From sequence record DRR723986_21710: DNA of 64,000 bases. The stretch is one strand, 5' to 3'. The notes under the pieces were generated by a model. That model did no database searches. It had not been told where the DNA came from and saw nothing but the letters and a program-made list of their open reading frames with translations. This document shows, piece after piece, positions 1 through 9,419 of the stretch (its first letter is position 1; each line of letters starts with the position of its first letter). The position numbers and the translations under genes were made by a program.

Positions 1-1
1 A

Positions 2-1045
2 TTGTATACAATCCAAAAAAATGATACGCTTACCTGGGAATTTGAACCTGTGGAAGGTGCGATTGAAGTAGGAGATCAGCACGCTGCTATTCCTGCTTTA
101 CGTAAGCGTCTCATGTTTTGGGACTTTTTGAAACCTTATGAAATGGAGGATCCTACGCTTTTTGATTCAACCATGTTTGCTGGACTTCAGAAATATCAGG
201 AGTCAAATGGTATGAATCCTGACGGAATAATTGGAGCATTAGTAGCCGAATCACTTAATAAATCCCCTCAAAACCTGATCGATATAGCTTCCATAAATAT
301 GGAAAGACTACGATGGATGCCCAAGATGGATTGGGATCAGGAGATGGTCCTGGTAAATATTGCCAATTATCAGTTAGACTATATGAAAAATCAGGATACG
401 GCTTTTACAGCAAAAGTGATTGTTGGTAAAGAATATAATGAGTCACCGACTTTCACAGCACCGATGAGTTACATTGTATTTAGCCCGTATTGGAATATCC
501 CGGAATCTATTACCAATGATGAGATTATACCTTCTGTAAAAAAGAATCCGAATTACCTCTCTCAGAAAAACATGGAAGTAGTAGACGGAAATGGAGCGGT
601 AGTAAAAGCTTCCCAAGTCAATTTGGCTAAAGAAACAGGCTACCGTGTTCGTCAAAAACCTGGAGGAGATAATTCCTTAGGGTTGGTAAAGTTCATGTTT
701 CCAAACGATTACAATATTTACATTCACGATACACCAGCGAGAAGCCTTTTTGAAAGAGAAACAAGAGCGCTAAGTCACGGATGCATCCGAATTCAGAATC
801 CAGATCAATTCGCTAAGATATTGATCAATGACAAGTCTTGGGATGATGAAAAAATCCAGGCAGCCATGCATCAGGAAACTGAGGAAGTGGTGAAATTGGA
901 AAGAGAAATCCCAGTCGTGCTAGTCTATATGACTTTTTGGGCGGGTGAAGATGGAAAAGCTAATTTTCGATCTGATGTATATGAAAGAGATGCGGCCCTA
1001 CTGAAAGCGCTTAGAAGTTCTAAATCAAGCCTTGATCAGGCTTGA
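2..1045 (+). CDS. Murein L,D-transpeptidase, YcbB/LdtD-like (PG-binding + YkuD domain); 5' end truncated by window edge
   Basis: PG-binding-1 motif (LQKYQESNGMNPDGIIG), LVNIANY, FSPYWNIP and catalytic IYIHDTP...SHGCIR. Confidence 0.9.
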   Translation: MYTIQKNDTLTWEFEPVEGAIEVGDQHAAIPALRKRLMFWDFLKPYEMEDPTLFDSTMFAGLQKYQESNGMNPDGIIGALVAESLNKSPQNLIDIASINMERLRWMPKMDWDQEMVLVNIANYQLDYMKNQDTAFTAKVIVGKEYNESPTFTAPMSYIVFSPYWNIPESITNDEIIPSVKKNPNYLSQKNMEVVDGNGAVVKASQVNLAKETGYRVRQKPGGDNSLGLVKFMFPNDYNIYIHDTPARSLFERETRALSHGCIRIQNPDQFAKILINDKSWDDEKIQAAMHQETEEVVKLEREIPVVLVYMTFWAGEDGKANFRSDVYERDAALLKALRSSKSSLDQA

Positions 1046-1050
1046 TTTAG
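1020..1050. terminator. 13-bp inverted repeat at the overlap of two convergent genes; contains both stop codons
   Basis: CTAAATCAAGCCT-TGATC-AGGCTTGATTTAG; no clear U-tract, so terminator activity is uncertain. Confidence 0.5.
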
Positions 1051-1720
1051 TTAAGTAATTTTGGTCCTTTCCAAAGATAAAAAGTAGTGAACCGTCTTTT
1101 ATCAGATCAATTGCTTGGGCAGAAAGTTCACTTGGAAGCGCTGGGCAACCTAAACTTCTACCTAATCTACCGACAGATTTAGCAAATTCTTCTTTGGCAT
1201 AGTCAGCTCCGTGAATTACAATTGCTCTATTTCTAGCTTGATCATTGAAGCCTTTTTCCAAACCATCTAGTCTTAAAGAATAGCCATGTTTGCCAGAGTA
1301 GGTTTCGGCAGTTTTATAAAAGCCAAGACTGCTTTTGAATGATTCAGGCACATTTGAGAAGGTTTTTGCCATCAGGTCTCCAGAATTTCTTCCGTGAGAA
1401 ACTACAGAGTTCAGTAGAATTTCTCCTTTTTCAGGATCAATAATCCACATGCGCTTTTCGGTGGATGGAAGGCTAAAATCAATAACTGTAAGGACTTTTG
1501 ACTTTAAATTGTCCTTCATTTTATTCCAACCTTGGATAGCTAAATTGAAAACTTCTTTGGAAGGTAAAACTCCATTTTTTGCCTGTAATGCATCGTAAGT
1601 CACAGAGACTGGATCGATGGGAGTTAGGATGTTTATTGAGTTTTCTTTGAATTCTGGGTTTGGGAAAATCCCTATGAACAATAGGAGGGTAATCGCAATG
1701 GTTTGATTAAGCATAAGCAT
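1025..1720 (-). CDS. Murein L,D-transpeptidase catalytic domain family protein (YkuD_2-type)
   Basis: Signal peptide; IDFSLPS, VSHGRNSG, SSLGFY, IVIHGA and GRSLGCPA motifs. Confidence 0.88.
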   Translation of the reverse strand: MLMLNQTIAITLLLFIGIFPNPEFKENSINILTPIDPVSVTYDALQAKNGVLPSKEVFNLAIQGWNKMKDNLKSKVLTVIDFSLPSTEKRMWIIDPEKGEILLNSVVSHGRNSGDLMAKTFSNVPESFKSSLGFYKTAETYSGKHGYSLRLDGLEKGFNDQARNRAIVIHGADYAKEEFAKSVGRLGRSLGCPALPSELSAQAIDLIKDGSLLFIFGKDQNYLTKSSLIKA

Positions 1721-1875
1721 TTGGGTGATTTTGCAAATTTAATAGGATATACCATGAGATCAAACGAGCTTGAAGTCAGTATCTTATGATTTTGGTTATT
1801 AAATATGTGAAATTTCTCAGGGAACCTTCTAAGTGACTTTCTCAGTTCTTCGGGTGGTGAAGGATAGCCTTAGAT

Positions 1876-1905
1876 TTTGGTACAAATTATTATTCTGTAA
1901 TTTTG
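1876..1905 (+). promoter_or_regulatory. Bacteroidota primary-sigma promoter (-33 TTTG / -7 TAATTTTG) for PTPS-folE
   Basis: TTTG 1876-1879, 18-nt spacer, TAATTTTG 1898-1905. Confidence 0.65.
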
Positions 1906-2011
1906 CCTTCCCAAAATTATTTCACTGTCATTCAGGACGCTCCAAGTATCCTAACAGATAAATAGGAAAATAATTCAAACAAAAACAGAAAAGCGGCTGT
2001 TTCAGCATTCA

Positions 2012-2422
2012 ATGAAAGTATCAGTTTATAGAAAAGAACATTTCAACGCAGCGCATCGTCTTCATAACCCTGAGTGGTCGGACGAGCAAAATCAAGCCGT
2101 TTTTGGAAAGTGTAATAATCCTCATTTTCATGGTCACAACTATGAATTGATAGTGAAATTGAGAGGAGAAGTGGATCCGCGAACTGGGTATGTTTACGAT
2201 ATGAAAGTGCTCAGTGATTTGATCAAAGAGCATGTATTAAGAAAATTAGATCATAAAAATTTAAACCTGGATACCGATGAATTCAAAGAACTTAACCCAA
2301 CCGCTGAGAATATTGCAGTGGTTATTTGGAATATTTTAAGGGAAAAAATTGATCGAAAATTCGAGTTAACAATTCGACTTTATGAAACAGAAAGAAACTT
2401 TGTTGAATACGATGGGAATTAA
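2012..2422 (+). CDS. 6-pyruvoyl-tetrahydropterin synthase family (PTPS/QueD superfamily), PTPS-II-type motif
   Basis: FNAAHRL, CNNPHFHGHNY (C-x5-HGH), LDHKNLN, PTAEN, LYET; coupled to folE. Confidence 0.9.
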   Translation: MKVSVYRKEHFNAAHRLHNPEWSDEQNQAVFGKCNNPHFHGHNYELIVKLRGEVDPRTGYVYDMKVLSDLIKEHVLRKLDHKNLNLDTDEFKELNPTAENIAVVIWNILREKIDRKFELTIRLYETERNFVEYDGN

Positions 2423-3086
2423 TATCGCAAGAGCATCTGCTGAGGATATTGGAGATGAGCATGTGGGAACTTCCCTAGAAACGCCACTTCGGGAGGACGC
2501 TTTCGAAATGGATGATGAACTGAAAGTCGAGTTAATTGAAAAGCATTTCAGAGAAATCATGCATATCATGGGATTGGATCTCACGGATGATAGCTTAAAA
2601 GGAACTCCACATCGCGTTGCAAAAATGTACGTGAAGGAAGTGTTTTCAGGTTTGAATCCGAAGAACAAGCCTGTGGCTAAGCTTTTTGAAAATAAATACA
2701 AATACAATGAGATGCTGGTGGAGAAAGATATCACTGTGCATTCTCACTGCGAACATCATTTCGTGCCGATTTACGGTAAAGCCCATGTGGCCTACATTTC
2801 CAATGGAAACGTAATTGGACTTTCTAAAATCAATAGAATCGTTCAGTATTTCGCTCAAAGGCCTCAGGTTCAGGAGCGATTGACCATGCAGATCGGTAAT
2901 GAACTGAAAGAAGCGCTCGGAACAGATGACGTGGCTGTCATTATCGATGCCTATCATATGTGCGTGAGCTCTAGAGGAGTGAAAGACACGCAAAGTTCCA
3001 CAGTTACCTCTTTCTATTCTGGGAAGTTTGAAAAAGACGAGCAATCGCGTACCGAGTTCATGCAATACATAAGTCTTGAGAAGTAA
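2382..3086 (+). CDS. folE: GTP cyclohydrolase I
   Basis: TPHRVAKMY, SHCEHHFVP, GLSKINR, RPQVQERLT, HMCVSSRGV; start could be 2382 or 2412. Confidence 0.96.
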   Translation: MKQKETLLNTMGINIARASAEDIGDEHVGTSLETPLREDAFEMDDELKVELIEKHFREIMHIMGLDLTDDSLKGTPHRVAKMYVKEVFSGLNPKNKPVAKLFENKYKYNEMLVEKDITVHSHCEHHFVPIYGKAHVAYISNGNVIGLSKINRIVQYFAQRPQVQERLTMQIGNELKEALGTDDVAVIIDAYHMCVSSRGVKDTQSSTVTSFYSGKFEKDEQSRTEFMQYISLEK

Positions 3087-3110
3087 TTAAGAAAACAAGA
3101 ACCAACATCT

Positions 3111-3138
3111 AAACCGGGCTGAGAAGCTCGGTTTTTTT
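3111..3138 (+). terminator. Rho-independent terminator after folE
   Basis: AAACCGGGCT-GAGA-AGCTCGGTTT followed by T-run. Confidence 0.8.
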
Positions 3139-3337
3139 GTTTAAGTTTTTAGCCACAAAGGGCTCGAAGAAAGCGTGAAGGAGCACTGGGTTTATTTTCT
3201 TGCCTAGCAAGGGGTGAACTAGTTTTGTCTCTAGATAGTAGTACCATACTTTCCCTTTCTAGTCAATAAGGTAGCGATTCACTTGGGGGAAGTTGAAATT
3301 TTAAGGTAGGTGCTCTATGCAGCTGTTGGACATTCGG

Positions 3338-5797
3338 TCATTTCACTATTTCATAGAATTTCTCCTGCCCCTCTTGACTAACAGCGAGTTGATCTAGTAC
3401 TATTCCAACCTGATTGACTGATATTTTCAGGCTGTGTTTCCCTGATTTATCAATGAGAATCGGGTAAGTCACTTTTACAAAATTCCTCAATACATTTTCC
3501 TTCCACTCTTCAGTTCTTCCACGAGTATTTAAAGAGAATTCTTTGGGCTCCTGATCATCGATTGATACCCATATCTTCTGATCAAAATTGTTTGAATGAG
3601 TAGGTAAGAATCGTAGTTCCACTACATGCTTTCCTGGATTTTGCAGGTCAAATTGATATTCCAAGTATGGTTTTTCTGATTCAAATAGCAGGTTTGCAAA
3701 AGGGAATAGCGTCATAGCGGCATTGCTGTAACCTAATCCTTCCACTGCTTTCCATTGGTAATTTGCTGCACCTTGGGCGTTAGAATATTCATTTCCCTGC
3801 ATAAAAATAGGCGGAGAAAGAGTGGGGCCTCCTGCTGGATTTTTGCTCTCAGGCAACTGGTCTGTCTGATGATAGTTTGGCATGGAGAAAACAGGTAGGT
3901 CTCGAGGATGCATAGACATCATTTTATTCCACTTACCATTGCTGATTTTAAGGTTATATTCTTCAGTAAGCACCACAATATTATCGTATGCTTGTTGCGA
4001 TTGCTTCGCGAGTTTATCCTTTAGATCACTAGTTGGATTTAGGTATGATTCCTGAGCAAGGATAAATTTCTCATTAATTAGCGCAGCACCTTTTATTGGG
4101 TATTCCACTAATTGGAAATAGGAGTCAAGACGCTCTTTGGATAGGGAAGACTTTATCGCATTTACTTTTTCTACCAGCTTAGCATAAGCTTCCAGTCTGC
4201 GGTTTGCTTCCTCGGAGTTAAACTCCGTGATCCTTGTTGTTGTGGTCGGCTCAGTTTGGCTCCATCCCATATATTCGGGTTTGCGTAGAAATGCCAAACG
4301 ATAATATTCCGCAAAGATCTTGGCGATCTCTTCCCCATGGACTTCCCCAAACTCTCGAGAACTCCAAGCCTCCAAATGGGAATTTATGGTAGTTTCAGAG
4401 ATGCTATTGATGTCCCAAGCTAGGTCTAGGAAAAACTCTATATCGTATTCAGCAGGCTTAATATCTCCTACATTGGCAATCCACAGTTTTTTGGCTCCGT
4501 TTTGATAGGCTCTGGTCATTTCATACCATATCAACCCAGGCTGTGTGGTAGAGAGCCAGAGGTGATCATGAGGTCTACCCCAATAGCTCAAATGATAATA
4601 TACTCCGCTGCCACCTTTTCTGGCCTTTTCCTGCTCATCGCTTAACCTGCGGATGTAGCCATAATTGTCATCGGTCCAAACCAGCGTGATGTCCTCTGGA
4701 ACTTGTAAGCCATCATTGTACAGATCCAATACTTCCTTGTAGATTGTAAATGCCTGAGGGATTTCTTCGATAGGTTTGTCGATTGTTTTTGACAAAATAC
4801 TCCGCTGATCCTGAAAAATTTGTTCTAATAGTTCAACTCGTTCTTTTTGAGTAGCATTTCCTTGCATTCCCGAATCATGGATTCCCCGCATGCCCATGCT
4901 AATAATGTTGTTCCCATTTTTGGCTTCTGTGATTCGCTCCTGCCAATACTGCTTGACGTTTTCACTGTTGGTGAAATAATTGAAATCACCATAGGCTTCC
5001 TCATCCCACTCATCCACATTGTTTCGGAGCATGGGTTCAGCATGTGAGGTACCTATGGAAATGTGATACTTCTCCGCCATTTCCCGATTTCCTGGAATGC
5101 TAAAAAAAGCCTTAGTGGAGGGATGCATCGCTGGCCAAATGGTGTTAGCCTTCAGGCGAAGCAGCAATTGAAAGATCTTCTCGTATGTTTTGGGGCCTAT
5201 ATCTCCAGTTTCTGGTTCGAAGGTATTAGCTGCCCAAGGTTGTAATCCCCAATCTTCATCATTCAAAAATATCCCTCTATATTGTACGGAAGGACCAGCT
5301 TCAATTCCTCCGACAGGCAATTTCAATTCGACCCCTTCACTTTTTTGAGGATGGACATCTGCCCACCATTTCCACGGTGATATACCGATTCGCTCTGCAA
5401 GTTCAAAAATCCCGTACACAGTACCTCTAATGTCGCTGCCCACAATGAAGAGATTTTCCTCATGCTTATTGATAAGGAATTTTTCCCATTCACCGTTTAA
5501 ATTTCTATTGAGCTTTTCGGGTAAGGATTCAATTAATGGATCATCAAATTTCCCTATATAAATTCCTTTGTCATCAGGATTGAATTTATCAGTATAACTA
5601 ATTGTAACTTCTGTTCCGAGTATGAACTCTAAGTCTTCTGCAAGGTCATTAGCTGCCCATTTCACCAAATCATCGGAATCTTCGCCGATGAAAATGGACC
5701 TGTTGGATGAATTTTTATCAATGACAAAATACTCGCTAGTATCTGAATTACATGAAAATGAAAATATTACTAACAGGTGAAAAATATACTTTTTCAT
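3338..5797 (-). CDS. Glycoside hydrolase family 115 (alpha-glucuronidase-like), predicted lipoprotein
   Basis: GSDIRGTVYG, PSVQYRGIFLNDE, LRLKANTIWPAMH, GTSHAEPM, GMRGIHD, WTDDNYGY, NVGDIKPAE; likely start ATG 5797 (MKKYIF...FSFSC lipobox). Confidence 0.9.
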   Translation of the reverse strand: MKKYIFHLLVIFSFSCNSDTSEYFVIDKNSSNRSIFIGEDSDDLVKWAANDLAEDLEFILGTEVTISYTDKFNPDDKGIYIGKFDDPLIESLPEKLNRNLNGEWEKFLINKHEENLFIVGSDIRGTVYGIFELAERIGISPWKWWADVHPQKSEGVELKLPVGGIEAGPSVQYRGIFLNDEDWGLQPWAANTFEPETGDIGPKTYEKIFQLLLRLKANTIWPAMHPSTKAFFSIPGNREMAEKYHISIGTSHAEPMLRNNVDEWDEEAYGDFNYFTNSENVKQYWQERITEAKNGNNIISMGMRGIHDSGMQGNATQKERVELLEQIFQDQRSILSKTIDKPIEEIPQAFTIYKEVLDLYNDGLQVPEDITLVWTDDNYGYIRRLSDEQEKARKGGSGVYYHLSYWGRPHDHLWLSTTQPGLIWYEMTRAYQNGAKKLWIANVGDIKPAEYDIEFFLDLAWDINSISETTINSHLEAWSSREFGEVHGEEIAKIFAEYYRLAFLRKPEYMGWSQTEPTTTTRITEFNSEEANRRLEAYAKLVEKVNAIKSSLSKERLDSYFQLVEYPIKGAALINEKFILAQESYLNPTSDLKDKLAKQSQQAYDNIVVLTEEYNLKISNGKWNKMMSMHPRDLPVFSMPNYHQTDQLPESKNPAGGPTLSPPIFMQGNEYSNAQGAANYQWKAVEGLGYSNAAMTLFPFANLLFESEKPYLEYQFDLQNPGKHVVELRFLPTHSNNFDQKIWVSIDDQEPKEFSLNTRGRTEEWKENVLRNFVKVTYPILIDKSGKHSLKISVNQVGIVLDQLAVSQEGQEKFYEIVK

Positions 5798-6166
5798 AGC
5801 TATAAGCTTAATTTTATTAGGTAGTTTTTTAACGCAGAGATTTATCATGAGACACAAGTAGCCCTCATATTGAAGTTTAAATCTAGTGAATCAATTATCG
5901 GACACAAAGATTTAGTCTAAATCAGCAAATTTGTGAACATTCTAATTTCGTCAAAATGGCCTAAGGAATAGGGTGCATTTATTTGATGATTATTAGGGAA
6001 TCTTGACTGAGCTTTTTTCAACTTTGGGGGAATCTCAGTGTGCTTTGGACTCGGTGATAACTCATTGAATTGCTATGAAAGAGGTAATAAACTAGTTTTT
6101 CAAAAATTTGACTACTTTACCTACTGCGAATTATCAAAAAATCTATATTGTTAGTAAATCACACCT

Positions 6167-7300
6167 ATGAAGAAATTTTTACTGCTCCTACTTTTTACTG
6201 CTTCCCTCGCTTGCAGCGAAAAGACCGATGAAAAACAATCTGAGGCCTATATTCCCGAGCTGTTGATTACCGATAGTTTGGTGATAGATCGATTGACCGA
6301 ATTGGGAATGATAGATGTTAAAGAAGATCATTCTGAATATTTGTTTTTTGATTGGAAGAAAGATGAACTTTTAAGAATTAGTGAACATGGAGAAGTCCTC
6401 GCAAGCGCGAATCGGAGTGAAGATGGAAGGGATAGTTTTAAAGCAAGGTATTTTACCACTGCTGATTATTATGGGGAAGATGAGATTTTAATTACAACGC
6501 ATGCTGGCATATTCATTTATGATCTTGATTTCATTTTGAAAGAAGAAAAGCCTCTTGATTTTTCCCTTGTGACTCATAGGATTGGAGGAAGTAATGCTGC
6601 TGAGGTTTATAAAAATTACCTCTATACTTTTTCTGTTGATAATGATTCAGGAGAAAAAGTCTATAATTCAGAAGAGTTTAGTACATCTTATCCCTTTATG
6701 ACGCTTAGAGATATTAATTCCTTGGATATTATAAAATCACAATATATTCCTGAGCAGTCACTTATGGCTATAACCCCTGGGCAATACAATAGTTTAGATC
6801 CAATTGTGCGTTTTATAGGTGATGAGATTTTTGCTTTATTTCCCAACTCCCCAGAGCTATATGTTTATGACCTTCCATCTTTTGAGTTTAAATCATTTCA
6901 AGCTTTAAATCCTGGAGATCAATTCAAAAAGATACAACCAGTAAATAGGGATATCAATTTTGATGGTTTTTTTAAGTCATTAGCCAGTTCACAATATACT
7001 AATTATGCATTTTCAAATGGTTACTTGTTGACCCAGTATGAAGGGGCGGCTCCTCAGGATGAAGTAGATGCTTTGCCAAAAAATGTAGTTGGAGGTTCTG
7101 ATTTTGAGGCTTTAGTAAAAAAATATAAAGAGAAACAGTTTTACCAAATTTTCAAGGGAGAAGAAAAACTATGGGAAGGAACATGGAATGTCAATTTATG
7201 GTCAGTTCGTGATGTGATTTTTTCCAATGCCAAACCTGGCGAAGATCCAGAGGCCATCGAGAAAGATGTACAGACCATTTATTTTTATGAGTTGAAATAG
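6167..7300 (+). CDS. Hypothetical lipoprotein, probably beta-propeller
   Basis: Lipobox (SLAC), acidic beta-rich body; no catalytic motif recognised. Confidence 0.6.
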   Translation: MKKFLLLLLFTASLACSEKTDEKQSEAYIPELLITDSLVIDRLTELGMIDVKEDHSEYLFFDWKKDELLRISEHGEVLASANRSEDGRDSFKARYFTTADYYGEDEILITTHAGIFIYDLDFILKEEKPLDFSLVTHRIGGSNAAEVYKNYLYTFSVDNDSGEKVYNSEEFSTSYPFMTLRDINSLDIIKSQYIPEQSLMAITPGQYNSLDPIVRFIGDEIFALFPNSPELYVYDLPSFEFKSFQALNPGDQFKKIQPVNRDINFDGFFKSLASSQYTNYAFSNGYLLTQYEGAAPQDEVDALPKNVVGGSDFEALVKKYKEKQFYQIFKGEEKLWEGTWNVNLWSVRDVIFSNAKPGEDPEAIEKDVQTIYFYELK

Positions 7301-7357
7301 GACAAAATTCAAACAATCCCCCTCTCAAAATGCTTTAACCTAAAAGCATTTAAACAC

Positions 7358-8038
7358 ATGAAAGGAAAGAATATTGTCATCATAGGAGGGAATTCAGGAA
7401 TAGGAAAAGCTGTCGCTGCATTAGCCAAGGAAGGCGGAGCAAATTTGTTTCTCTATTCCCGAACTGGTGAAGGAAATTATCAAATCGATATTACAGAAGA
7501 CTCTTCAGAATTGCAGGATTTGCCTGAGGTAATCGATGGCGTAGTTTATTGTCCGGGTTCAATCAATCTCAAACCATTCCATAGGATTTCGATGGAGGAT
7601 TTTAAAACTGAGATGGAGGTTAATTTTTTTGGTGCAGTCAAAACGCTTCAGGCATGTATGAAAGGTCTTAAAAAATCGGAAGCGGCTTCGGTTGTACTTT
7701 ACAGCACTGTAGCTGTGCAAACGGGAATGGGGTTTCATGCTGGAATAGCATCTGCAAAAGGTGCTGTGGAAGGATTAGTAAGATCCTTGGCAGCAGAATG
7801 GGCACCTAATCAGATAAGAGTTAATGCCATTGCCCCATCTTTAACGGACACACCGCTAGCAAAGCAATTGGTAAGCACAGACGAAAAGCGCGCAGCCTCA
7901 GATAAAAGACATCCCTTGGGTCGAATAGGCACGCCAGACGATATAGCTGAAGCAACCTTATTTCTCTTAGATGATAAATCTTCTTGGGTCACAGGTCAAA
8001 TATTACACATAGACGGAGGAATGTCATCTTTGAAATAG
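7358..8038 (+). CDS. Short-chain dehydrogenase/reductase (SDR)
   Basis: GGNSGIG, RVNAIAPS, HPLGRIG, TGQILHIDGG; catalytic Tyr position replaced (IASAK). Confidence 0.9.
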   Translation: MKGKNIVIIGGNSGIGKAVAALAKEGGANLFLYSRTGEGNYQIDITEDSSELQDLPEVIDGVVYCPGSINLKPFHRISMEDFKTEMEVNFFGAVKTLQACMKGLKKSEAASVVLYSTVAVQTGMGFHAGIASAKGAVEGLVRSLAAEWAPNQIRVNAIAPSLTDTPLAKQLVSTDEKRAASDKRHPLGRIGTPDDIAEATLFLLDDKSSWVTGQILHIDGGMSSLK

Positions 8039-8092
8039 TAAGATATGATTATCCTCAATGTTACCAGCACCTATAATTTCTTTGCTCACCCT

Positions 8093-8121
8093 GACCGAAG
8101 ACCGAAGACAGGTGACCGAAG
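8093..8121. repeat. Heptamer tandem repeat (GACCGAA)x4, degenerate
   Basis: GACCGAA GACCGAA GACAGGT GACCGAA G. Confidence 0.75.
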
Positions 8122-8259
8122 CAGCCTAAGTGTTAGTGTTTACCAAAGCCTAAAATATCATTGTCTTATTACTGTTTGAAAAGCGGATATATATTTGATA
8201 AGAAGTAAATCAATTAAAATTCAGTTGACTTAATCTGGAGCAGTTGCTTAGCTTTATAT

Positions 8260-9261
8260 ATGAAGCATTCTCTAGTAGTTGGACTAAGTCTATTGATCTT
8301 TTCTTTTTCCTGCTCCAAGCCTGAGGCTGAAAACAGTTACATTAATACTGTATCTGGTTCGATTTCTACAGATTCAATGGGGCTAACATTGATTCATGAA
8401 CACATGCTGGTGGATTTTATCGGGGCAGATTCTATTTCGCCAAATAGCTATTCTCACGAAGATGTAATAGATAAAGTATTGCCTTATTTACTCGAAGTGA
8501 AGAAATATGGAGTAAAGACCATTTTTGATTGTACTCCTTCCTATTTGGCAAAGGATCCAGTTTTGCTTAAAAAACTGAGTGAGCAATCCGGAATTCAACT
8601 CATCACAAATACTGGACTTTATGGAACTCAAAAGGGAAAGTTTTTGCCTGATTATGCTTTCTCAGAAACAGCTGAGGAGTTGTCAGAGAGATGGATTGCT
8701 GAATACGAGGATGGGATAGAAGGAACTGGCATCAAGCCGGGGTTTATCAAAATCTCGGTCAACGAAGATAATCCTTTGGGGGAAATGGACTCTAAATTGG
8801 TCAGAGCAGCTGGTCTGACATATGAGAAAACCGGTTTAAAAATCTACTCCCACACTGGAACATGGAATACAGCCAAACAAGAAGTTGAGATTCTTCAGCA
8901 AATGGGAGTGGATCCTTCAGCTTTTGTTTGGGTACATTCGCAGGCAGAGCAGGATTTTCAGAATTACCTAGAGGCAGCTCAAATTGGAGTTTGGATCAGT
9001 TTGGATGGAATAGGATGGAGTCTGGATGAATATGTGGATCGTTTATTTTTCGCAAAGGAAAATGGTTTTTTGGGAAATGTCCTGATTTCCCATGATGCAG
9101 GATGGTACGATCCCGCCAAGCCAAATGGAGGAGAATTTGTTCCTTTCACCAATATTTTTGAAAAGCTTATGCCAGCATTAAATGCCAAAGGATTTGAAGA
9201 AGCTGATTGGAAATTGCTTTTGGAAGAGAATCCGAAACGTGCTTTTGGAAATGGGCAATGA
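8260..9261 (+). CDS. Phosphotriesterase-family amidohydrolase, lipoprotein
   Basis: Lipobox FSFSC; metal motifs TLIHEH, GFIK, YSHT, WVH, ISHDAG. Confidence 0.9.
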   Translation: MKHSLVVGLSLLIFSFSCSKPEAENSYINTVSGSISTDSMGLTLIHEHMLVDFIGADSISPNSYSHEDVIDKVLPYLLEVKKYGVKTIFDCTPSYLAKDPVLLKKLSEQSGIQLITNTGLYGTQKGKFLPDYAFSETAEELSERWIAEYEDGIEGTGIKPGFIKISVNEDNPLGEMDSKLVRAAGLTYEKTGLKIYSHTGTWNTAKQEVEILQQMGVDPSAFVWVHSQAEQDFQNYLEAAQIGVWISLDGIGWSLDEYVDRLFFAKENGFLGNVLISHDAGWYDPAKPNGGEFVPFTNIFEKLMPALNAKGFEEADWKLLLEENPKRAFGNGQ

Positions 9262-9300
9262 ACAATAAGCAATGGACAATGATCAATGGTCAATTATCAA
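9250..9300. repeat. Heptamer tandem repeat (AATNNNC)x7 overlapping the PTE stop codon
   Basis: AATGGGC AATGAAC AATAAGC AATGGAC AATGATC AATGGTC AATTATC. Confidence 0.8.
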
Positions 9301-9419
9301 ATTCAATTTTTGCTGAAGATAACTTTTCGTTCTATCTAAAATAAAAGAGGTAATGAGGGTGGAAGTTTAGAAAATGAAGTACTTGCGCAGCGCCTTTGCT
9401 GGGCGTATTTCCATTGATT

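Noticed and set aside
3145-3190. Degenerate GCCACAAAG/GCAC repeat possibly pairing with 6034-6056 to bracket GH115 as a cassette
   Set aside because: Complementarity is too weak to support by eye
8979-9293. 104-aa minus-strand ORF starting MTIDHCPLLIVHCP
   Set aside because: Its start is the translated heptamer repeat and the rest is antisense to the phosphotriesterase gene
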